Source of the DNA: Dehalococcoidia bacterium
Lineage (GTDB): Bacteria > Chloroflexota > Dehalococcoidia > SM23-28-2 > RBG-16-64-32
Assembly: GCA_963665775.2 (NCBI GenBank)
Contig: CAXXTF010000002.1
Location: 288,001-352,000 of the forward strand
Direction of reading: 5' to 3'
DNA: 64,000 nucleotides
Made by a program: the position numbers and the translations under genes. Below the pieces are notes generated by a model, which was not told where the DNA came from, made no database searches, and was given only the letters and a program-made list of their open reading frames with translations. Shown piece by piece: positions 1-11,292 of the stretch. The first letter of the stretch is position 1. Each line of letters begins with the position of its first letter.

Positions 1-19
1 GCTACGGTATCTGATACTA

Positions 20-1588
20 CTACCGAGAGCGTGGGCTGCCCCAGCCACCGCCGCCGGGCGTTTCGATGGTGAGCTGGTCGCCGGGAAAGAGCTTGAGCTC
101 AACCTTGGACGGCAACTCCACCGTCTCGCCGCTGGCGCGGCGGAGACGGCTGCGGCCGGGAGCGCCGTCGCTGCCGCCGGCCAGGCCCCAGGGGGGGCGC
201 CGCTGACGGTCGGTGAGCAGGGTCACGGTCACGGGGGCGAGGAACTCCCAGGTGCGGACGATGCCGCTGCCGCCTCGATGGTCGCCGTCACCGCCCGATC
301 CCTGGCGGATCGCGTACTGGACGATGCGGAAGGGGTAGGCCATCTCCAGCGCCTCGATCGGGGTGTTCAAGGTGTTCGTCATGTGTGTGTGGACCCCCGA
401 GGCGCCATGGGTGCGGGGACCAGCGCCGGCGCCGCCGCCCACCGTCTCGTAGTAGGCGAAGGGGCGGCTGCGCTGAGGGTCCCAGCCGCCGATGATGACG
501 TTGCTCATGGTGCCGGCGCTGGCGGCTGGGATGAGGTCCGGCAGGGCCTGGGCCAGAGCGCCCAGGACGGCGTCCACAATACGCTGGGAGGTCTCCACGT
601 TGCCGGCGGCCACGGCGCGGGGAGGTCGCGGGTTGACCACGCTACCCTCGGGCATGGTAAGGGAGACGGGCCGGAAGCAGCCGTTGTTGCTGGGGACGGG
701 CTCGTCCAAGAGGCAGCGAACGACGTAGTAGACGGCGGAGCGGGTGACGGCGGCCACAGCGTTGGCGGAGGAGAGGCGCTCGGCGGCGCTGCCGGTGAAG
801 TCGCAGTGGAGGGAGTCGTTCTGCACGGAGAGACGCACGCGGATGGCCACCGGCTCGTCGCTGAGGCCGTCGTCATCGAGAGCGTCCTGAAAGGCGTAGT
901 CGCCGTTGGGGATAGAGGCGATGGCGGCGCGGGTCATCCGCTCCGCATAGTCCATAAGGGCGTCCATCAGCCGCTGGGCGCGCCGAAGGCCGTAGCGCCC
1001 GACGATCTCGCGCAGCCGCTCCTCGCCCACCCGATGGGCCGCCGTCTGGGCATCCAGGTCGCCCCGGCGCTCCTCCGGGGTACGCATATTGCGCAGGAGG
1101 AGGTCGAGGACGGCGCGATTGAGGCGGCCGCGTTCGTACAGCTTGATGGGCGGGATGATGATCCCCTCCTGGAGCAGCTCCTCGGCCAGAGGCATGGAGC
1201 CGGGGGTCATGCCGCCGACGTCCGCCTGGTGGGCTCGGCTGGCGACGAACCCGACCAGCCGGCGACCTCTGAAGACGGGCGAAACCATGGTGATGTCCGG
1301 CAGGTGGGTGCCGCCGAGATAGGGGTCGTTGAGGATGACGACATCGTCGGGGGAGAACGGGGCGAGAGGCGCGGCGGCGGCGGGCATGGCGCCCAGGTGC
1401 ACGGGGATGTGGGCGGCCTGAGCCACCAGGCGGCCCTGGGGATCGAAGACGGCACAGGAGTAGTCGCGCCGCTCCTTGATGTTGGGAGAATGGGCGGTGC
1501 GCCCCAGGGTGACGCCCATCTCCTCGGCAACGGAGGCGAAGAGGGCGTTGGCGATAGTCAGCTCGGCGGGGTCGACGGCGGTAACCAT
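20..1588 (-). CDS. Hydantoinase B/oxoprolinase family protein
   Basis: Motifs [41 protein letters not shown]; start trimmed to MVTAVD at 1588. Confidence 0.93.
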   Translation of the reverse strand: MVTAVDPAELTIANALFASVAEEMGVTLGRTAHSPNIKERRDYSCAVFDPQGRLVAQAAHIPVHLGAMPAAAAPLAPFSPDDVVILNDPYLGGTHLPDITMVSPVFRGRRLVGFVASRAHQADVGGMTPGSMPLAEELLQEGIIIPPIKLYERGRLNRAVLDLLLRNMRTPEERRGDLDAQTAAHRVGEERLREIVGRYGLRRAQRLMDALMDYAERMTRAAIASIPNGDYAFQDALDDDGLSDEPVAIRVRLSVQNDSLHCDFTGSAAERLSSANAVAAVTRSAVYYVVRCLLDEPVPSNNGCFRPVSLTMPEGSVVNPRPPRAVAAGNVETSQRIVDAVLGALAQALPDLIPAASAGTMSNVIIGGWDPQRSRPFAYYETVGGGAGAGPRTHGASGVHTHMTNTLNTPIEALEMAYPFRIVQYAIRQGSGGDGDHRGGSGIVRTWEFLAPVTVTLLTDRQRRPPWGLAGGSDGAPGRSRLRRASGETVELPSKVELKLFPGDQLTIETPGGGGWGSPRSR

Positions 1589-1589
1589 G

Positions 1590-2375
1590 TCAGAAGGGCG
1601 GCTCGATCTCGACCTGGTTAAAACGAGAGTACCCCAAGAGTACAGAACCCTCCTGACCACCGCTCTCGTGGGGAGGGACCGTGAGGGCTATCCGCCGGAT
1701 GAAAAGATCGTCGGGGGAGAGCCAGACGTCGATGGTGGCAGGGTTCTCGTCGTAGAAGCTGAGGGTCGGTTCCTGGTTCTCGAGGCTCTCCTCGAAGGTG
1801 CGGTCTCGGCAAGTGGGCTCGTCGTCGCCAACGGTGGGGACGGAGCACTCCTCGCCGAAGGAGGTGATACCGGCGGCGGTCAAGACGCGGCGCTGGTTCT
1901 CCAGGACGGCGCGGATAAGGGTGACAGAGCCCCTTAGGTGGATTGTGGTGGCGCCCTCCAGTTCCTCAGTGCCCAGGACCTTAACATCGCTGGCCATCTC
2001 CAGGGCGACGAGGGGCCACTGGGGAAGGTAGGATGGAGAGGGTCCCAGCACAATGAATGGGGGCGCCTCATCCTCCACCCAGTCGCCGCAGCCCTGATCG
2101 ACCGCCGTACACTGGCGGGAGAACGCCCTTTCGCCGACGATGATCGCCTCATAAACTCGATCGTCGCCGGCGAGGAGCGTGCGGTAGCGATCGGGGGTGG
2201 CGAACTCGACGATTATCGGTGCCGCTTCTGCTCCGATGCCCATCTCCAGCCGGTAGGAGGAAAGGCCGTTCATGGCTGTGAGGGCATCCTCCACCAGGGC
2301 CGGGGCATCGTCCTTTCCGCAGGAGGCGGTCAAGACGAGCAGGATAGCCGCCACTGCCGCCGCTATCGTCTTCAT
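1590..2375 (-). CDS. Putative lipoprotein (LolA/LppX-like fold possible)
   Basis: Signal peptide with lipobox LTASC; ATG overlaps the upstream stop (ATGA); C-terminal YSRFNQVEIEPP. Confidence 0.7.
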   Translation of the reverse strand: MKTIAAAVAAILLVLTASCGKDDAPALVEDALTAMNGLSSYRLEMGIGAEAAPIIVEFATPDRYRTLLAGDDRVYEAIIVGERAFSRQCTAVDQGCGDWVEDEAPPFIVLGPSPSYLPQWPLVALEMASDVKVLGTEELEGATTIHLRGSVTLIRAVLENQRRVLTAAGITSFGEECSVPTVGDDEPTCRDRTFEESLENQEPTLSFYDENPATIDVWLSPDDLFIRRIALTVPPHESGGQEGSVLLGYSRFNQVEIEPPF

Positions 2376-4372
2376 GCCTGGCTCCGTTCTAGCACCAGGT
2401 TCCCCCACTGATCGACGGTTCCCTGCCAGCCGGGCGGTACTGCCGTCGTCGCGTCCATCTGTACCACGACCGCCGGGCCCTTCAGTCGGAAGCCGGGCTG
2501 GAGGCGCGTGCGATCGTACACCGCCGTCCGCTGGGGGCCGTCGAACCACACCTCGCGTTGACCGAGGAGGGGATCACCCGCGGCGGCTGGTGGAGACGTG
2601 AGGGGGAGCGCCTGGGCGGGCAAGATGAGCTTCAGCCGGACGCTTACCACCTCGACAGGGCGGCTGGAATCGCTGTGGCCGTAACGCTCGTGGTGGGCGG
2701 TGTGGAAGCGGGAGAGGAAGTGGGCGGGCGAGAGGGAGTCGACGGGGACGGAGAGCTCGTAGGACTGGCCCACGTAGCGCATCTCCAGGTAGCGTTGCGA
2801 GACGAGGGGAGCGGTGGCGAATCCTTCGTCTCGAAGCTCCTCCTCGCCGCGGCGGCGCAGGTCGTCAAAGAGGGGATGGAGTGCACCCTGATCTGAGCCT
2901 TCGGATGCCGCCTCGGGGCCGATGGCCAGCCCGGCGGCGGCGGACAGCTCCTTGGCCACGGGTGCAATCGCCATGCCGAGGGCGGAGAGGACGCCGGGGT
3001 GAGGGGGGACGAGCACCCGGGGGATACGTAGGGATTGGGCCAGGTCGCAGGCGTGGAGCGGGCCGGCGCCGCCGAAGGCTACAAGGGTGAAGAGGTGGGG
3101 GTCGTGGCCGCGCTCTACGGAGACGACGCGGAGGGCGCGCTCCATGTTCGTGTTGGCGACGCGGAGGACGGCGTCGGCAGCGAGGCGCGGATCGTGGGCG
3201 AACGGCCCGGCCAGCGGTTCCAGCGCCTGCAGCGACAGCTCAGAGCGGATGGCCATCCGGCCGCCCAGGAAGTGCTCCGGCGCGATACGGCCCAGAGCCA
3301 CCTGGGCGTCGGTTACTGTGGGCTCGTCGCCGCGGCCGTAGCAGGCGGGTCCGGGATCGGCGCCCGCGCTCTCGGGGCCGACCCTGAGGGCACCACCCGC
3401 GTCGAGGCGGGCGATGGAGCCGCCGCCGGCACCCACGCTGAGGACGTCGACCGTCGCCCCCCGGATGGGCAGATCGCCCACCTGCGTCTCGTCGCGCTCA
3501 AGGATGCGGCCGGGGCAGAGGGAGACATCGGTGGACGTGCCGCCCATGTCGATAGTGATGATGCGGTCGAAGCCGGCCCTGCCGGTGAGGGCGAAGGCGC
3601 CGGCCACACCGGCGGCTGGGCCGGAGACAGCGGTGCGGACGGCGAGGCGGCCGGCCGCTGCCGGGCTGATGCTGCCTCCGTTGGACGCCATGACCCGCAG
3701 CTGCCCTACCCCTCGCCGCTGAAGCCCGTCCTGCAGTCGAGATAGGTAGCGGGCGATGATCGGGCCGACGTAGGCGTTAGCGACGGTAGTGCTGGTGCGC
3801 TCGTACTCGCGGTGCTCGGGCAGCACCTCATGCGAGGGCGAGACCGGCAACCCGCGACGGCGGGCCGCCTCGGCTACCAGACGCTCGTGCCCCGGGTTCA
3901 GGAAAGAGAAGAGGAAGCAGACGGCGAGGGACTCGACGCCCTGACCTTGGAGGCTATCCAGGAGTTGCTCCGCCTGGGCAGGGTCCAGGGGCTGGAGCAC
4001 TCGGCCCTCGTGGTCCAGCCGCTCGTCCGCTTCCAGGCGGAGGGCGTCGGGGATAAGGGGCGGTGGTCGCTCCGGCTCTAGATCGTACAGTCGGGGGCGG
4101 TTCTGCCGACCGATGACCAGCACGTCCCGGAAGCCGCGACTGTTGATCAGGGCGGTGCGAGCGCCCTTTCGCTCGATGATGGCGTTGGTGGCCACGGTGG
4201 AGCCGTGCACGACCTGCTCTGGGCGGACATCCATCTCGGCCAGGCCGTCGAGCACGCCGCGAGCGGGGTCATCTGAGGTCGAGGCACGTTTGTAGACGCG
4301 GAGGCGGTCGTCCTCGATGAGGAAGAAGTCGGTGAAAGTGCCACCGATATCGATTCCCAGGACAGAGGGCAT
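2372..4372 (-). CDS. Hydantoinase A/oxoprolinase family protein
   Basis: GIDIGGTFTD, HGSTVATN, SGPAAG, DMGGTSTD, GPESAGADPGP motifs; start MPSVLG at 4372. Confidence 0.93.
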   Translation of the reverse strand: MPSVLGIDIGGTFTDFFLIEDDRLRVYKRASTSDDPARGVLDGLAEMDVRPEQVVHGSTVATNAIIERKGARTALINSRGFRDVLVIGRQNRPRLYDLEPERPPPLIPDALRLEADERLDHEGRVLQPLDPAQAEQLLDSLQGQGVESLAVCFLFSFLNPGHERLVAEAARRRGLPVSPSHEVLPEHREYERTSTTVANAYVGPIIARYLSRLQDGLQRRGVGQLRVMASNGGSISPAAAGRLAVRTAVSGPAAGVAGAFALTGRAGFDRIITIDMGGTSTDVSLCPGRILERDETQVGDLPIRGATVDVLSVGAGGGSIARLDAGGALRVGPESAGADPGPACYGRGDEPTVTDAQVALGRIAPEHFLGGRMAIRSELSLQALEPLAGPFAHDPRLAADAVLRVANTNMERALRVVSVERGHDPHLFTLVAFGGAGPLHACDLAQSLRIPRVLVPPHPGVLSALGMAIAPVAKELSAAAGLAIGPEAASEGSDQGALHPLFDDLRRRGEEELRDEGFATAPLVSQRYLEMRYVGQSYELSVPVDSLSPAHFLSRFHTAHHERYGHSDSSRPVEVVSVRLKLILPAQALPLTSPPAAAGDPLLGQREVWFDGPQRTAVYDRTRLQPGFRLKGPAVVVQMDATTAVPPGWQGTVDQWGNLVLERSQA

Positions 4373-4418
4373 GGTAAGGGCGATTATACGAGGTGAGCCG
4401 CAAGCGGCTCCCGCCGGA

Positions 4419-5420
4419 CTAACGCAGGTCCGCCAGCAACGCCTGGTTTCCCTCCCGGTTGGAGGCCAGGGAGATGTCCGCCAGGGCCGGGGGGCGCTCC
4501 GCCGAAACGCCCAGGTTCTCGTCCAGGGTCGGCTGGGACTCGTCGACAAGAAGGAGCCCGGTTACCTCGCGCCCCATGCCGCTGGCCGCCTCGATCAGGC
4601 GCAGGCCACTCATCGCCGCGTCGGGGCTGGTCGGGTCGTATTCCGCTGGGAGCTGTACCCTCTCATCGTCGGTGAGCACCTGATCTCTCATGTCGCGCCA
4701 GGCGTCCTGGATGTCCAGCACGTAGTTCTGTCGAAACCAATCCACGATGGGCCCGCTGCCCCGGAAGCCCGGCTCTCGATGGTAGGTCACGCAGGGGGAG
4801 AAGACGTCAAGCAGGGAGAAGCCGCGGGTGGAGATGGCCTGGTTCATGAGCTTGGTCAGATCCTTCTTGTTCCAGGAGACTCCCCTTGCTACGAAGGCGG
4901 CCCCAGCCGCTATCGCCAGGCGCAGCGGGTTCACGGGGCGGCCCTTCCTGCCCTCCGGTGTGGAGCCAGTCCGCAGCCCCACATGGGCCGTGGGCGACGC
5001 CTGCCCCTTGGTGAGACCATAGACCTGGTTGTTCATGACGATGAGGGTCATGTTGACGTTGCGGACGCAGGCGTGGACGAAGTGCTCCATACCGATCGCG
5101 TAGCTGTCGCCGTCTCCCCCAAAGTCCACGACAACCAGGCTGGGGTTTGCCATCGCCACCCCCATGGCCACGGGTATGGAGCGCCCGTGCTGACCGTGAT
5201 AGGAGTTGAGGCGGAGCATCTCCGGCTCCTTGCTGGAGCAGCCGATACCCGAGGCGATGAAGACGCTCTCTTTCGGTATCTCCAGGTCGTTGACGAGGGT
5301 GAGCATCGCCGTCTTGAATGCGGCCGTGACGCCGAAGTCGCCGCAGCCGCTACACCACCAGGCGCCCGGCCCCGTGATCTCCGCCTGGGTGATTGTCGGT
5401 GTTCCGGTGTCAACTGCCAT
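4419..5420 (-). CDS. 2-oxoacid:ferredoxin oxidoreductase beta subunit
   Basis: WCSGCGD, SGIGCS, TPP-binding GDGD...NN, YGLTKGQASPT. Confidence 0.92.
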   Translation of the reverse strand: MAVDTGTPTITQAEITGPGAWWCSGCGDFGVTAAFKTAMLTLVNDLEIPKESVFIASGIGCSSKEPEMLRLNSYHGQHGRSIPVAMGVAMANPSLVVVDFGGDGDSYAIGMEHFVHACVRNVNMTLIVMNNQVYGLTKGQASPTAHVGLRTGSTPEGRKGRPVNPLRLAIAAGAAFVARGVSWNKKDLTKLMNQAISTRGFSLLDVFSPCVTYHREPGFRGSGPIVDWFRQNYVLDIQDAWRDMRDQVLTDDERVQLPAEYDPTSPDAAMSGLRLIEAASGMGREVTGLLLVDESQPTLDENLGVSAERPPALADISLASNREGNQALLADLR

Positions 5421-5421
5421 T

Positions 5422-7257
5422 TCAGGCTTCCTCCTTGACTTCGCCGATGACGTAGCCTGGGGTCATGACCTTCCCATCATAGCGCAGGATGGAACGGAGC
5501 TTCTGCGGCATGGGGCCGGTGGCCTCTCGCTGGATCAGGCCCCGGAGCTGCGCCCCGGCGGAGTACTCCACCACGTAAACCCGCTGGCACTGCCGCACGA
5601 AGCGCTGAACCTCTTGGACAGGGAACGGCCATAGGGTGCGAAGCTCCAGGAATCCGGCCGGCTGACCCCGCGATGTCAGTTGCTCTATCGCCTCCTGTAT
5701 CGGGCCGTAGACGGAGCCGTAGCCGATGAAGCCGATGGGCGCATCCGGCGGCCCAAAGTGACGGGGAGACGGCAGGTCCTGGTCATCGCGTATCTGCACC
5801 ATCCGCTGAATCACCCGCTTCTCCACCATCAGGGAGCGGACCGCCGCTTCTTCCGTTATGTACCCCTCTTCGGTGTGCTCATTCGTATTGGTGTAGACGG
5901 TTGTCACTCCGGGCGTACCGGGTTTCACCCGGGTTGAGATGCCGTCGTCCGTCAGCTCGTAGCGGCGGTATCGCTTGCCGTTCCCTCCGTAGGCGAGGGC
6001 TACGGCTTCCGCGTCGAGGAGCTTCCCCCGGTCGATCACTATCCGAGAGGGGTCAAGACGCGGGATAGTGTAGTTGGACTGCGAAAGCACCTGGTCCAGC
6101 AGGAGAAAGACGGGGCACTGGTAACGGTCTGCCAGGTTAAAGACCAACCCCATTGTGTAGAAGGCGTCTTCCGGTTCGCTCGCGGCCAGGACTATCCGGG
6201 CGATATCTCCGTGGCTGCCGAACACGACCTCGTTCAGCTCTTCCTGTCCCACGCGTGTAGGCAGGCCGGTTGCCGGCCCGCCGCGCTGGGAAACGACCAC
6301 AACCATGGGCGTCTCCGTCATTCCGGCGCCAGAGATCGCCTCTTGCATGAGGGAGAAGCCGGGGCCAGCCGTGGCCGTCATAGCCCGTGCGCCGGCAACG
6401 CTGGCGCCGATGACGTGGTGGGCCGCTGCCATCTCGCTGTCGGCCTGGATCACCACGCCGCCGAAGGCGGCGAGCTTCTCCGACATGTACTCCAGGATCT
6501 CAGACGCCGGGGTGATCGGGTAGCCGGCGTAGAAGCGGCAGCCGGACATAATGGAGGCCGCCCCTACCGCCTCGTTGCCCAGGAGGAGCTGGCGCTCGTC
6601 TTCCGCTTGGGGGACGAAGGGCAATCGCATGTCCGGAAGCTGCCAACCCTGCTCCTCGGCGTATCGCCTGCCGGCCGACAAGGCCCTCGCGTTCAGGGTC
6701 AGGAGCTCGCTCCCCTCCCCGAAAGTCTTGCTGAGCCGGTGGAGGAACGCCTCCTCCGGAATGTCCAGAAGGTGGCCTAGCACACCCAGAGCGATGCTGC
6801 CCCGCAAGATATAGCGCTGGAACTGCTCCTTCGCCATCTGGCCCATGGGCAGCCCGAAGGCCCGTATTCCCTTGTCCCGTACCAGGTCGGCGACCATGTC
6901 GGGCGAGATCTCGAAGCTGGCGTTAGGGTAGTCGAGGCGAGGAGAGGTGTCGTACAGAAGAACCCCACCGTCCCTTAGACGGGCGATCGGTGGGATCCGG
7001 CCCTCCCCGTTCAGATCGAAGAGCGCCCCGCGATCGAACGCCTCCAGGATGTCGAACTCATCATCGGACCCGTAGATGGGCTGGTCGGCGGCCCGTAGGC
7101 CGAAGGCGCTATCGCGGGTCTGGATGTTGGAGTAGACCTCCTCACGCCACATGAACACCCAGGCGCCTCGGTCCTTCAGGGTCTGCCCCAGAGTGAAGAT
7201 GTTCGTGTTTGTGCCGTCGCCGGCACGACCTGCTCCACATATTTGGACGGCGCGCAC
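5422..7257 (-). CDS. 2-oxoacid:ferredoxin oxidoreductase alpha subunit (gamma-alpha fusion)
   Basis: YAGYPITPASE, TATAGPGFSLMQE, QRGGPATGLPT; adjacent to the beta subunit. Confidence 0.92.
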   Translation of the reverse strand: MRAVQICGAGRAGDGTNTNIFTLGQTLKDRGAWVFMWREEVYSNIQTRDSAFGLRAADQPIYGSDDEFDILEAFDRGALFDLNGEGRIPPIARLRDGGVLLYDTSPRLDYPNASFEISPDMVADLVRDKGIRAFGLPMGQMAKEQFQRYILRGSIALGVLGHLLDIPEEAFLHRLSKTFGEGSELLTLNARALSAGRRYAEEQGWQLPDMRLPFVPQAEDERQLLLGNEAVGAASIMSGCRFYAGYPITPASEILEYMSEKLAAFGGVVIQADSEMAAAHHVIGASVAGARAMTATAGPGFSLMQEAISGAGMTETPMVVVVSQRGGPATGLPTRVGQEELNEVVFGSHGDIARIVLAASEPEDAFYTMGLVFNLADRYQCPVFLLLDQVLSQSNYTIPRLDPSRIVIDRGKLLDAEAVALAYGGNGKRYRRYELTDDGISTRVKPGTPGVTTVYTNTNEHTEEGYITEEAAVRSLMVEKRVIQRMVQIRDDQDLPSPRHFGPPDAPIGFIGYGSVYGPIQEAIEQLTSRGQPAGFLELRTLWPFPVQEVQRFVRQCQRVYVVEYSAGAQLRGLIQREATGPMPQKLRSILRYDGKVMTPGYVIGEVKEEA

Positions 7258-7482
7258 GAACTCGCACTTCCTTCCCTAGGAATGGGCCATCGGTATTACC
7301 TTGGCCAGCGATAGGCTATCGGTATATCTAAGGGTAACAGGCCGGAGATGCTATAGCAATATCGGGGTAACTAGCCGAGAGTGCTACGCCCACGTTCTTG
7401 TGCCTGATCGCCCTATCGAGATACGCTAGGGCGGCCACAGGGCCGTCCAGCCGCGGCTCTAGACGCGAAAGAGGGTAATTCG

Positions 7483-7629
7483 ATGATTCGCAGCCTTAGC
7501 CGCAAGGTACCGAAGATCGCCGAATCGGCATGGCTAAGCGAGGCCGCCCATGTCGTTGGCTCTCCGGCGACGATAACGGAGGCGACGCCCGAACAGCTGG
7601 CGCAGTCTCCGGCAACAAGGTGGCGATGA
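7483..7629 (+). pseudogene. Internally deleted gamma-carbonic anhydrase (YrdA/PaaY-like) remnant, 48 aa
   Basis: Manual translation MIRSLSRKVPKIAESAWLSEAAHVVG|SPATITEATPEQLA joins family-typical N- and C-terminal motifs; RBS GAAAGAGG upstream. Confidence 0.65.
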
Positions 7630-7880
7630 TGACCCCTACGGACAGCTGCTCCGCCGTTACAAAGTACGGGGGCTGTGATACACCGCTCGCCACGTCCCGC
7701 GTTCTACTCGGTATCCGCTGACAGTAGACAGCGAGCGGCCCCCCATCGCTGGCCGGCGTTGCTTCACGCCCAACAACTATACGGAATAAACACCTGCCGG
7801 GCAGACGAGAGACGTAACGGGCAGCCGCCCTCTCCGGTCCTAATTGATAGACATCCAGGCCACACTAGGAGCGAGTAGCC

Positions 7881-8483
7881 TTGATTGAGCAGCACCAAGA
7901 GCTGTATATACCAGCCGACGAGCGCTCCCTGCGCCGCGCCCAGCGTAGGGTCCACGAGCTGGACAAGGGCGTCCGGGACTGGGCCCAATCCGTCATCGCT
8001 ATCCTCCCGAGAGGTCTGGCGATCCTGGAGGACGAGGCCCAGATTCTGGCCCTTTACCTTGCCCAGCAGCGACGCCTCAACCTGGAGATGGACGCCCGGA
8101 GCGGCGATGAGACCCTGCGCGGCCGTCTCGGCCGTATTATCCCCTTCCTCGCCGACGGCGAAGATGACTGGGATATGATGCGGGCCACCCACAAAATGGT
8201 CGCTGCCCGTCTGGAGACCGATACCGAGCAGGCTTGCCAGCGCTTCTGCGACAACCTCGGCGTACCGTCGGTCTGTGATCCTGCTATCGACTGGCGCGTC
8301 GCTATCCGCTACCTGGCCCAGGAGGTCCACCGCCTCGCCAGCCGGATGGGCGTCACGATCCGATACTCCGCTCCCCCTCAGCGTTTCGAGCTGGCCCTGG
8401 CCGCCCGCGACCTGGCCATCGAGGTCTCTGCCAAGAGGCGCGACATGCTCAAGATCTTCCTCCCCGACAGGGAATCCGCCTGA
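7881..8483 (+). CDS. Hypothetical protein
   Basis: 200-aa ORF with AGGAG RBS and high-GC3 codon usage. Confidence 0.65.
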   Translation: MIEQHQELYIPADERSLRRAQRRVHELDKGVRDWAQSVIAILPRGLAILEDEAQILALYLAQQRRLNLEMDARSGDETLRGRLGRIIPFLADGEDDWDMMRATHKMVAARLETDTEQACQRFCDNLGVPSVCDPAIDWRVAIRYLAQEVHRLASRMGVTIRYSAPPQRFELALAARDLAIEVSAKRRDMLKIFLPDRESA

Positions 8484-8653
8484 CGCCCGGCTAGACATCG
8501 GAGGCGGGAAGGCCGCCGCACACACCGCTGCTGACTCAGGGTTTACCCGCTCCCGCGTACTGGCAGGGACCGCGATCTGGTGCTCGGGAGCAGCCACCCG
8601 CGGCTCTGACTCAGCGTACTCCGTACCTGCTATACTGATATAGCCAATAGCGC

Positions 8654-8729
<76 letters not shown>

Positions 8730-8806
8730 GATTTTGTATCTAAATCTTAGACCCACCTGGTGCCGATGAGGTACCAGATGGTGCTTTGACAGCAACCCGA
8801 AGAAAA

Positions 8807-9928
8807 CTAACCCCTGAGGATGGCGTCCATCGCCAGAGCCGCCTGCCTATGCATCGCTGGCGTGGTGTGGCTGTAGAGGTCCAGGGTGACGGCAATGGTC
8901 GCGTGTCCCAGCATGTCTGACACGATCTTGGGGTGCATACCTTGACCCAGTAGCAGGGTAGCGGCCGTGTGTCTGAGGTCATGAAAACGGACTCGGGGCA
9001 GTCCAGCCCTCGCCAAGAGTGGTCTGAATGAGCGGTCGAGAAGGTTGGTTGCCTCGATTGGACGGCCCACCTGATTGGCGAACACCAGGTCGTTATCCTC
9101 CCAGGCAGTGCCCAGCCATAGTCGCTCAGCGGATTGTCGTGCCCGATGTTCTCGCAACGAGGCAATGGCGGCATCAGTTAGTGCGACCTGACGTCGGGAG
9201 CGTGCTGTCTTGGGCTCAGCGAAGGTGAAGCCGTCGCGGGTTTTCTGCAGCGTTGCCTTCACCTGTACGGTGCCGCCGCCCAGGTCCACATCCGGCCAGC
9301 GCAACGCTAGGAGTTCTCCCTGCCTCATGCCCGTAGTTACAGCCAGAACATAGAGTGCTTCTAACCTGTCTCCACGAGCGGCATCCAGGAGCTTCCGGAC
9401 TTGTTCGGAGGATAATGTAGACATCTCTCGGTGCTGGACCCTAGGCGGAGTCGCCAGACTGGCCACATTTCTGGTCGTCAGGCCCCAGCGCGTGGCCTGA
9501 GCAAGCGCGCCGTGCAGGACGGTATGTAGGTGCGCCACGCTAGTAGGCGACAGGCCAGCCTCCAGCCTGTTGGCGTAGAGGCGCTGTAAGTGCTGCGGGG
9601 TGAGCTTGGTCAATGCGACGCGACCGATCCCCGGTATTGCATGCAGTCGGACGTATTGCTCATACCTGATCCAGGTCCTGGGCCTGACTGCGGCCTTGGT
9701 GGTTTCCAGCCAGCTCTGCAAGAACTGACCCACGGTCTGGCGCTCACCGAGCACGGGCAGACCGTCCTGGCGGGCCTTCAGAGCCGCGTTCAGCTTCCGA
9801 GACACCTCCTGGCGGGTCGCGCCGTACAGGTGCTGGCGACGACCGTTATCGACGCTGACGCTGCCTACCCAGCGGCCATCGGAGCGCTTGTAGATGGAGC
9901 CCTCGCCGTTCGCTCTACGCTTCATCAT
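8807..9928 (-). CDS. Site-specific tyrosine integrase (ICEBs1/phage Int-like)
   Basis: RRANGEGSIYKR arm domain; catalytic TGMRQGE, EPKT, HDLRH, LGH, DLYSH; converges on the tRNA-Trp 3' end. Confidence 0.93.
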   Translation of the reverse strand: MMKRRANGEGSIYKRSDGRWVGSVSVDNGRRQHLYGATRQEVSRKLNAALKARQDGLPVLGERQTVGQFLQSWLETTKAAVRPRTWIRYEQYVRLHAIPGIGRVALTKLTPQHLQRLYANRLEAGLSPTSVAHLHTVLHGALAQATRWGLTTRNVASLATPPRVQHREMSTLSSEQVRKLLDAARGDRLEALYVLAVTTGMRQGELLALRWPDVDLGGGTVQVKATLQKTRDGFTFAEPKTARSRRQVALTDAAIASLREHRARQSAERLWLGTAWEDNDLVFANQVGRPIEATNLLDRSFRPLLARAGLPRVRFHDLRHTAATLLLGQGMHPKIVSDMLGHATIAVTLDLYSHTTPAMHRQAALAMDAILRG

Positions 9929-10992
9929 CGCTTCCCTCCGGCGGATCAACGGAAGGTATCCACATGGGATACGGGTGCAGTAGGCGCCGCAGAGCATTCT
10001 TGCAGTCTCGATCAAAGTTGGTGTCCGCCCTGTACTTCCACTGAGGAAAGGCCTTGTTCCAGGCAGCCATTCGGTCGCGGATTCGGTCTCCCGTTGGCCT
10101 CGTAGACACGAACATGGCGAGCCTGGTGTGCTTTTCCGTGATTTCTCGGTGCCTGCCAGATACATACTGCCGACGCATCCCTCGGTAGAATTTAGCAACG
10201 TCTGCCGGCGACATCGCTGGATCGATGGTGAGCTAGATGCGAGCGAGAGCCGAAATCGCGCTGTTTTCTCTGCTGTTGCCTTCGATCGTTTTGATCAGAG
10301 GAGTGTGACCGGTTAGCACGAAGTTGGTGGCCTGGGGAGCTTCCCAGCCGTATCCGGCAGCGAGTTTCCTAGAGAGCTGGCCGAGGCGATGGAGTGTTCC
10401 TCCCACCTTAATTCTTACTGAGCGGAAGGGGTCGTAATCTTCTTCATCCAAATACTCTAGCAAGAGGTATCCCTGAGGCACCGCTGGGCTCTGCTTCGAG
10501 ATGGTGAGCGGTGGACTCGTATAGACTTGATACTTATCAAACTGGACGTCATGTCCATCTGGCACCAGAACGCTCAACCAGATACTGGCAAGCCCTTCCT
10601 CATCTTTCATCCTCGAAACCCAGCTTGGGACATCCTTCGGACTAAGTAGGGTATCGCTTAGCACGTCGTCGCGGAACTGGATTACTTCTGGATGCTGACT
10701 TGCCCTCGCGGCAAGAAGTGACGAGATTACCTCCCGCCTCTCCGGTAGTCCCGTGGTTACGGATGACTGCTTCTTGGCAGAGATCATTTCAACGCGTTTG
10801 CGAGGCATAGGCACCGAGAATCCAAAGGCAGATAAGAGCTCTCTGGTTTCCTTAGCCAGGTCGCGAATCGTCCACTCGCCTTCGATGACCTCAGACAGAA
10901 AATCCTTATCCAGGTAGGTAGTTCCACGCCCGGTCCGGCAGTGGCGAGCCCAGCTCGTTTTCCAGGTCCCGGCGTAGGTCGTCAATTATCAT
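9915..10992 (-). pseudogene. Integrase-linked hypothetical protein, inactivated
   Basis: 4-bp duplication (aactacctacctg) near 10912-10921 shifts the frame after MIIDDLRRDLE; in-frame TAG at 10233-10235 between ALARI and LTIDPAMSP. Confidence 0.7.
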
Positions 10993-11094
10993 TGAAATGA
11001 TTCAGTATAACCTGTTTGATACAATATAAGTGTAATCGATCATATCCAATATACCGCATTGCTGGTGTGTTGGCAAGACCGGAGGAGGACTTCA

Positions 11095-11292
11095 ATGGAA
11101 AAAGCACTCTTGACTGTTGCCGAGGTGAGTGCTCGCCTCGGTCTGAGTAGGTCGCTCGTTTACCGGTACATCATGAGCGGGCAGATCCTGTCAATAAAGT
11201 GTGGACGTGCGCGTAGGGTTCCCGTGGCTGCGGTAGACGAGTTCGTGCGTCGTCTCCAAGAGGAGCAGGCGGACATCGAGCTTCCACGATGA
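11095..11292 (+). CDS. Excisionase / HTH_17 DNA-binding protein
   Basis: LLTVAEVSARLGLSRSLVYRYIMSGQILSIKCGRARRVP; GGAGG RBS. Confidence 0.88.
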   Translation: MEKALLTVAEVSARLGLSRSLVYRYIMSGQILSIKCGRARRVPVAAVDEFVRRLQEEQADIELPR

